Below, one piece after another: positions 58,913 through 64,000 of a stretch of DNA of 64,000 nucleotides (the first letter of the stretch is position 1; every line of letters begins with the position of its first letter). This stretch comes from a bacterium (GTDB lineage: Bacteria; Electryoneota; Electryoneia; Electryoneales; Electryoneaceae), in the NCBI GenBank assembly GCA_963669175.1, contig OY769902.1, positions 2,368,001-2,432,000 on the forward strand, given 5' to 3'. A program made the translations under genes and the position numbers. Under the pieces are notes generated by a model, which saw only the letters and a list, made by a program, of their open reading frames with translations, made no database searches and was not told the origin of the DNA.

Positions 58913-61900
58913 ATGGAAGATCGAAATCTATTCAGGAGATGGTGGGAAGCAGTACAGTACTACGTCTGGACTATCCTGGCGGCGGCTGTACTGCTGCTCC
59001 TGATAGGCTTCGACCTCTATGCGCAGACCGAGTTCGAGGTTTATACCGTAGCGGATCAGTTTGACGGCGTTGCTGATGTGCTGGCTGCTGATATTGACGG
59101 CGATGAGCAGCTTGAAATCATTGCCGCATCCATGACAACCGGACGGATTGTGGCTTGGAACAGCGAACGTCAGATCGGTGAACAAGCCTACGATATCCTG
59201 GCGACTGGGCTGATCGGGATTCGTGTCCTCAAAGCGCTTGACCTGGATGACGATGGCGACATGGATCTGCTGGCGGGTATCGAAGACACGAACCGGATCA
59301 GTTGGCTCGAGAATGATGGCGCAGGCAATTTTACAGTACATGTGCTGACCTCGGAAGTTGATGGTGTTCAGGACTTTGCGACTGGCGATATCGATGATGA
59401 CGGTGATCTGGATATTGCAGCAGCAGCCAGTACAGGGAATGCGATCATCTGGCTGGAAAATGACGGTGCCCAACAGTTCGCACTTCATACTGTGATCAAC
59501 ACGTTCCCTTCCCCGCAGGCCGTGGTGTTGACTGATCTGAACGATGATGGCCGTCTTGATATTGCCGCTACCTCGCACGGTCGCAACTCGCTGACAGCCT
59601 GGTACAATCTTGGTAACGATGTTTTCCTGCAACAGTATGTGACCAATTCGCTTGGTGGCGCTGGTGATGTTGCAGCGGCCGATATGGACAACGATGGCGA
59701 TATCGATTTGCTGGCAACCGCACGCAATGCCGGGTTGGTCAACTGGTATGAGAACAACGGGTCACCGACATGGCCGGTACATCAGATTGAGCGCTGGTTT
59801 GTGGATGGAATGGAGCTGGACACAGGCGACCTGGATGCGGATGGTGACCTGGATGTTGTGGGCGTATCCGACCAGGGCAATCGTTTGTACTGGTGGCAGC
59901 AACGTGAGGATGGGAGTTTTGACCGTCACCGGCTGTTAAACCTGTTTGAAGGTGCGGCCGCGTTGCAGGTGATTGACCTGGATGGTGACAGTGACCTTGA
60001 TATCCTTGGCGCGGCCAATCGTATGGGACGGGTGGTCCGGTGTGAAAATGCGGCGTCTGAAAGCTTCGGCAATGGCATTCATGGCGATATGAGAATTGTC
60101 TTCAAGGGGTCTGTCAACGGCATCACTGATGGAAACAATGTAGCTGGTTTCGATCCGGCTGCTACGGATGGTTATGATCCGGGAACCGATATTCATGAAG
60201 CGCCGCATCCGCCGTCACAGTACATCCGCATCTCTTTCACGCATGAAGAATGGCAGTCTCGCCTGGGCGATGAGTATATGAGTGACATCCGTCGTGGTGG
60301 GGATCGCCTGCTGGACAGCGCTCATGTTTACACTTTCGAGGTAGAGACCGACCAGATTGATGAAGAAGTCTCCCTGTTCTTCAGCCTCAAGAATTATTCC
60401 GGGATCACCGGCGCGGTTCTGTATGATGCGGTGAATAGTGAATATGTCAATCTTCGCGAAACGGACACATTCAGTTTCATGGCGCGTCCTGTATCGCGTG
60501 AATTTTCCCTGCTGCTTGGTGATGAAACCGCGCCGGAAGTTGAATTCCTGTCACCCGTTGAAAATGATGTGCTGGACGCTTCAGATTCCCATGAACTTAC
60601 CTGGACACTTTTCGATGGTACCCCGGTACGACGCCAGGTGATACAGGTTTCATTAGATGGCGGAGTGACCTGGGCAACTCTGGACACCCTTTCTGCCTCA
60701 GCGCGAAGTTTCATCTGGCAACCTCCTTTTCGTTATATCGAACGTGGCAAGTTCAAATTGATTGCCGAAAACTGGGCCGGACTGATGTCGGAAACCGTGT
60801 TGAGTTTCCGTCTGGATGAGCCGGATGGTCCGAACGCCCTGTTTATTGCCCCGCAACCCGGCGATACCCTGTTCGCCGGATTCGAATACCCGGTATGCTG
60901 GAGCAACCTCGTTATCGAAGGGGCGCAAATAGCTGATGCGGCATTGTCCTATTCATCTGATGGTGGGGCCAGTTGGGATACAGTATCGGAATCCCTGGGA
61001 ACAGATACGCTCGCACAATGGGCTATCCCGGCTAACATGATGAGTAACCGTATGCTGCTGAAAGTTCAATCGGTTGATAATCACGGCAACGAAGGCAGCA
61101 GCGTTTCGCAGTTGTTTACCGTGGTTGTCAGTGAGCTGATAGGTGTATATGGCGAGGGCTGGCACCTGATGAGTTCGCCGTTTATCGCGCAGGATATGAC
61201 GCTTGCGGGACTGGTCGGGGATGATATCAGTGAAGGTCTATACCTGGCCTATCGATATTCCAGCATGCAGGGCTTTATCCCGTCAGACACACTGAACATG
61301 GGCGAGGGATTCTGGCTGGGGCTGGAAGGGACGGGCGAGGTGCCGGTGGATTTCCGTGGATTGCCGGAGCTGGACAGTACAGTATTGCCGTTACAACCGA
61401 ACTGGAACCTGGTAGGCACCGCCGAGCCGCTATCGTTGTCACTGGATCACATCCGGATTACGGATGGCGAGGACTGGAAAACCTGGACAACGGCGGTGGA
61501 TGATGGCTGGATCAGTGGTGCGCTCTATGGGTACGATCACGAAAACGGTTCCTATTCCCAGGCGGATACGTTGCGGCCCCTGCGTGGCTACTGGCTTCAT
61601 GCGCATCGTGGTGGCTTGTTCATGGTGACCTACCTGTCGTCTCCGGAAAATCTCCTGGCAAGGCAAAATGATGAAAATGGTGATGTTGACGAAGACTGGT
61701 ACGTACCGATTGTTCTCCGTCAAGGGAGCCGAATAAACCAACAGGCAGGTTTCGGCGTCCATTCATTAGCAAGTGAAGGGTACGATGCCCGTTATGACTT
61801 GCCGTCTGCACCGGTTGGACCTGAGGGAACATACCTGCGTAGCACATTGAACTGTGAAGGCTGGAACATTCCCGGTACTGATCAGTTCAATAATAACAGG

Positions 61901-62434
61901 ATCGGTCCACTGAACGCCGGCGAGAGTTTTACCTGGCCTTTTGTCCTGGAAAGCTCTGAAGATGGTGACGTGTACGTATCCTTTGTGAACGCTGTCGAGG
62001 TAATACCGCAAGGGTATTCATTGCAACTATCCATAGGGGGAGAATGGATTGACTTGGATGATTTAGCCGGTGTGACGGTTGACCTGACGAGTGAAGAACC
62101 GGTTATTATGGAGGTAAAGATCATGAGAAACGAAAACGACGTTGAGACGGCGACAGTAGACCTGCCTACCAGTTACGCACTCGAGTCCATTTACCCTAAT
62201 CCCTTCAATTCGCACGCATCGATCACGGTTGCCTTGCCGGAAACTGCGAACCTGCAGGTCCGAGTTTTCAACATGATGGGGCAACAGGTTGATCATTTGT
62301 TCCATGGTACCTTGAACGCGGGACGTCATGTGTTCATGCTCAATGGCAGTTACCTGGCCAGTGGTGTGTATATCGTACAAACACTGGTTCCCGGGCACTT
62401 GAGCGATGCCGAACGGATCGTCCTGGTGAAGTGA
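58913..62434 (+). CDS. Secreted FG-GAP/VCBS beta-propeller protein with the same Ig-like stalk and T9SS type-A C-terminal domain
   Basis: Seven DxDxDGDxD repeats. The C-terminal ~780 aa are collinear with the upstream protease. YPNPFN...LASGVY...IVLVK. Confidence 0.92.
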   Translation: MEDRNLFRRWWEAVQYYVWTILAAAVLLLLIGFDLYAQTEFEVYTVADQFDGVADVLAADIDGDEQLEIIAASMTTGRIVAWNSERQIGEQAYDILATGLIGIRVLKALDLDDDGDMDLLAGIEDTNRISWLENDGAGNFTVHVLTSEVDGVQDFATGDIDDDGDLDIAAAASTGNAIIWLENDGAQQFALHTVINTFPSPQAVVLTDLNDDGRLDIAATSHGRNSLTAWYNLGNDVFLQQYVTNSLGGAGDVAAADMDNDGDIDLLATARNAGLVNWYENNGSPTWPVHQIERWFVDGMELDTGDLDADGDLDVVGVSDQGNRLYWWQQREDGSFDRHRLLNLFEGAAALQVIDLDGDSDLDILGAANRMGRVVRCENAASESFGNGIHGDMRIVFKGSVNGITDGNNVAGFDPAATDGYDPGTDIHEAPHPPSQYIRISFTHEEWQSRLGDEYMSDIRRGGDRLLDSAHVYTFEVETDQIDEEVSLFFSLKNYSGITGAVLYDAVNSEYVNLRETDTFSFMARPVSREFSLLLGDETAPEVEFLSPVENDVLDASDSHELTWTLFDGTPVRRQVIQVSLDGGVTWATLDTLSASARSFIWQPPFRYIERGKFKLIAENWAGLMSETVLSFRLDEPDGPNALFIAPQPGDTLFAGFEYPVCWSNLVIEGAQIADAALSYSSDGGASWDTVSESLGTDTLAQWAIPANMMSNRMLLKVQSVDNHGNEGSSVSQLFTVVVSELIGVYGEGWHLMSSPFIAQDMTLAGLVGDDISEGLYLAYRYSSMQGFIPSDTLNMGEGFWLGLEGTGEVPVDFRGLPELDSTVLPLQPNWNLVGTAEPLSLSLDHIRITDGEDWKTWTTAVDDGWISGALYGYDHENGSYSQADTLRPLRGYWLHAHRGGLFMVTYLSSPENLLARQNDENGDVDEDWYVPIVLRQGSRINQQAGFGVHSLASEGYDARYDLPSAPVGPEGTYLRSTLNCEGWNIPGTDQFNNNRIGPLNAGESFTWPFVLESSEDGDVYVSFVNAVEVIPQGYSLQLSIGGEWIDLDDLAGVTVDLTSEEPVIMEVKIMRNENDVETATVDLPTSYALESIYPNPFNSHASITVALPETANLQVRVFNMMGQQVDHLFHGTLNAGRHVFMLNGSYLASGVYIVQTLVPGHLSDAERIVLVK

Positions 62435-62480
62435 TGAAGTGAAAAAAGTAGGCAGTGAAAAAAGTGAAAAAGGAAAACAC

Positions 62481-62505
62481 GTAGCCCGGCCATGCTTGGC
62501 CGGGA
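62481..62505 (+). repeat. GTAG-type REP, inverted partner at 63586-63610
   Basis: GTAGCCCGGCCATGCTTGGCCGGGA versus the reverse complement of 63586-63610 (GTAGCCCGGCCATGCCTGGCCGGGA): 1 mismatch. Confidence 0.8.
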
Positions 62506-62514
62506 TTTCTCTCG

Positions 62515-62560
62515 AAGTTGTAAAGTTGTAAAGTTGTAAAGTTGTAAAGTTGTAAAGTTG
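62515..62560. repeat. Microsatellite (AAGTTGTA) x5.75
   Basis: Perfect 8-bp tandem array. Confidence 0.95.
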
Positions 62561-62616
62561 TTTTATAGAGAAACATAATATATAACTTGATTTATGAGAT
62601 TCAGGTAAATATTCTG

Positions 62617-62661
62617 TCCTAATTCCTAATTCCTAATTCCTAATTCCTAATTCCTAATTCC
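62617..62661. repeat. Microsatellite (TCCTAAT) x6.4
   Basis: Perfect 7-bp tandem array. Confidence 0.95.
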
Positions 62662-62685
62662 AGCCTTTTCATTTTTAATTCTTAA

Positions 62686-63090
62686 TTAACCCAAAACCAG
62701 TACTTTTATCTGGCTTGGCACCAGTGTAATCCCCGGACAGTTTTCGCTCATCCCGTTATGGCCGGTAATGCTGGTCATGCGTTGCGAGGGGGAGCCGCCC
62801 GTGAGAATGGTCAGGCTGCCGAGCGTATGTTCCTGCGGTCCCATCACCATCCCCGACGCTACTCCCATGGCCACACCCGCGTTGTCCCCGTTGGTCATGG
62901 GTACTTCTGTCGCCTGGTTGAAGCTGGGCGTTCCCATGGTCAGTACGGTCATGGAAGCCGTGGGGGGGATGCAGGTCGGTCCCACAGATATATTCGGGTA
63001 AGGGATAGGCATAACCCCGGTCGGACCGGGAGTGTTACACGTATCCGGAAAACCGAGACTCATGCCGCCCATCATGGTTGAATGAAACAT
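62686..63090 (-). CDS. DUF4150 PAAR-like spike-tip protein
   Basis: GFPDTCNTP..PIPYPNI...TNGDNAGVAMGVASG.VMGP...RMTS...N....N.PG.TLVPSQ.KVL. RBS AGAGGA before ATG 63090. Confidence 0.9.
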   Translation of the reverse strand: MFHSTMMGGMSLGFPDTCNTPGPTGVMPIPYPNISVGPTCIPPTASMTVLTMGTPSFNQATEVPMTNGDNAGVAMGVASGMVMGPQEHTLGSLTILTGGSPSQRMTSITGHNGMSENCPGITLVPSQIKVLVLG

Positions 63091-63194
63091 GGTATCCTCT
63101 GACTTCAAGTTGTTGTCTACTTCCACGTCCAATGTGTCTGGTCGAAACCCGACAGGAGATCCCCGCCTTCGCGGGGAGTCGGGGCAAACTGCAA

Positions 63195-63475
63195 TGCTCT
63201 CATCCCAGCGACACAAACTGTTGCAGAATCACTGGTGCTCCTTTCATCCCAGCGAAGCAAACTGTCGCAGAATCACTGATGCTCTCATCCCAGCGACACA
63301 AACTGTCGCAGAATCACTGATGCTCTCATCCCAGCGAAGGCTGGGATCCAGTCATATTGCGATTATAGAAAGAGGCTCAATACTCTCGCAAAGCAAGGTG
63401 CATTAGAAGTGATTGAGATTTTAACATGTTATAATGTCGATACCTGCCTGGATCCCAGCCTTCGCTGGGATGAGA
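63195..63475. repeat. 41-bp tandem repeats running into a perfect 28-bp inverted repeat (ATCCC-N-GGGAT REP family)
   Basis: Units start at 63195, 63236, 63280 and 63321 (TGCTCTCATCCCAGCGACACAAACTGTCGCAGAATCACTGA). TCTCATCCCAGCGAAGGCTGGGATCCAG (63324-63351) has its exact reverse complement at 63448-63475. Confidence 0.9.
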
Positions 63476-63626
63476 TATCAACATTGAATGCCATCTCGGC
63501 ATATTCCATTCTTGTCTTTTCATAGTGATCAAAGAATGGCCGATTCTGCGCCAGCCTGCTAAACAGTCAGTCGGGCCAGACAATCTCCCGGCCAGGCATG
63601 GCCGGGCTACCCGCTGGCCAATAATG

Positions 63627-64000
63627 CTACCCCAGGTGAATCTGGTCCGCGTCGATTTTCACATTATGTTCAGCGATGGTGGTGATATCGCCGCCGTGAG
63701 TCGTCAGTTGTTCTTTGACCACGGTATGCTGGTTGCCGGCGTGGGTCTCGTCCATTTCTTCGATATCACGTCTGCTCCAGACAAACTTGGCGCTCAGGTC
63801 ACGGACAAATGTATCGACAAATTCCGCCGCAGCTTTCACATGGTCCATCTGGCTACGAACAAAGTTGCCGAAGAAATCAAAACGGTCGAATACGGCGCGT
63901 CCCCTGTCCGCATGCAGCGTCAGCTCATCGCTGGTCACCTGGATCTGTTCACTGGCGGCAATGGAAACAGCTTGCGCGGAAGACAACTCCAGGTCGCCGG
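63627..64000 (-). CDS. DUF3540 family T6SS-associated protein, C-terminal part (5' end outside window)
   Basis: Ends S.RDIEEMD...AG...A...VKIDADQIHLG*, the typical DUF3540 ending, directly upstream of DUF4150. Confidence 0.8.
   Translation of the reverse strand, partial: GDLELSSAQAVSIAASEQIQVTSDELTLHADRGRAVFDRFDFFGNFVRSQMDHVKAAAEFVDTFVRDLSAKFVWSRRDIEEMDETHAGNQHTVVKEQLTTHGGDITTIAEHNVKIDADQIHLG

Noticed and set aside
63195-63351. 41-bp periodic repeats as a possible CRISPR array
   Set aside because: The units are near-identical along their whole length with no unique spacers, no cas genes are present, and the array merges into a REP-type inverted repeat.

Overview
Bacterial chromosomal window with mid-to-high GC coding regions. 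The host is inferred to be an FCB-superphylum-like anaerobe: six secreted proteins end in a T9SS-type or FlgD-like 'PNPF' C-terminal domain, and flagellins are present. Main contents, in order: (i) a PAS hybrid sensor whose kinase core is degenerate, followed by ddl; (ii) several secreted surface proteins, including two tandem paralog pairs; (iii) a sigma-28-driven flagellin-MerR-flagellin locus; (iv) fbp and the tig-clpP-clpX-lon-engB cluster; (v) a reductive-type dissimilatory sulfite reductase operon dsrA-B-D-L-C-N, divergent from a YeiH-family transporter, with candidate Rex operators; (vi) directly after dsrN, an ~8 kb island bounded by ISL3-like inverted ends that holds a decayed ISL3 transposase, a 1986-aa DUF4011/SF1-helicase/nuclease/DUF3320 (Hhe-like defence) gene and a complete IS4 with a 9-bp target duplication; (vii) the tail of a T6SS-accessory locus (DUF3540, DUF4150 PAAR-like). 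Intergenic DNA carries several families of REP/REPIN-like palindromes and microsatellites. I recognised no rRNA, tRNA or CRISPR array. All family calls come from motif recognition by eye, not database searches.
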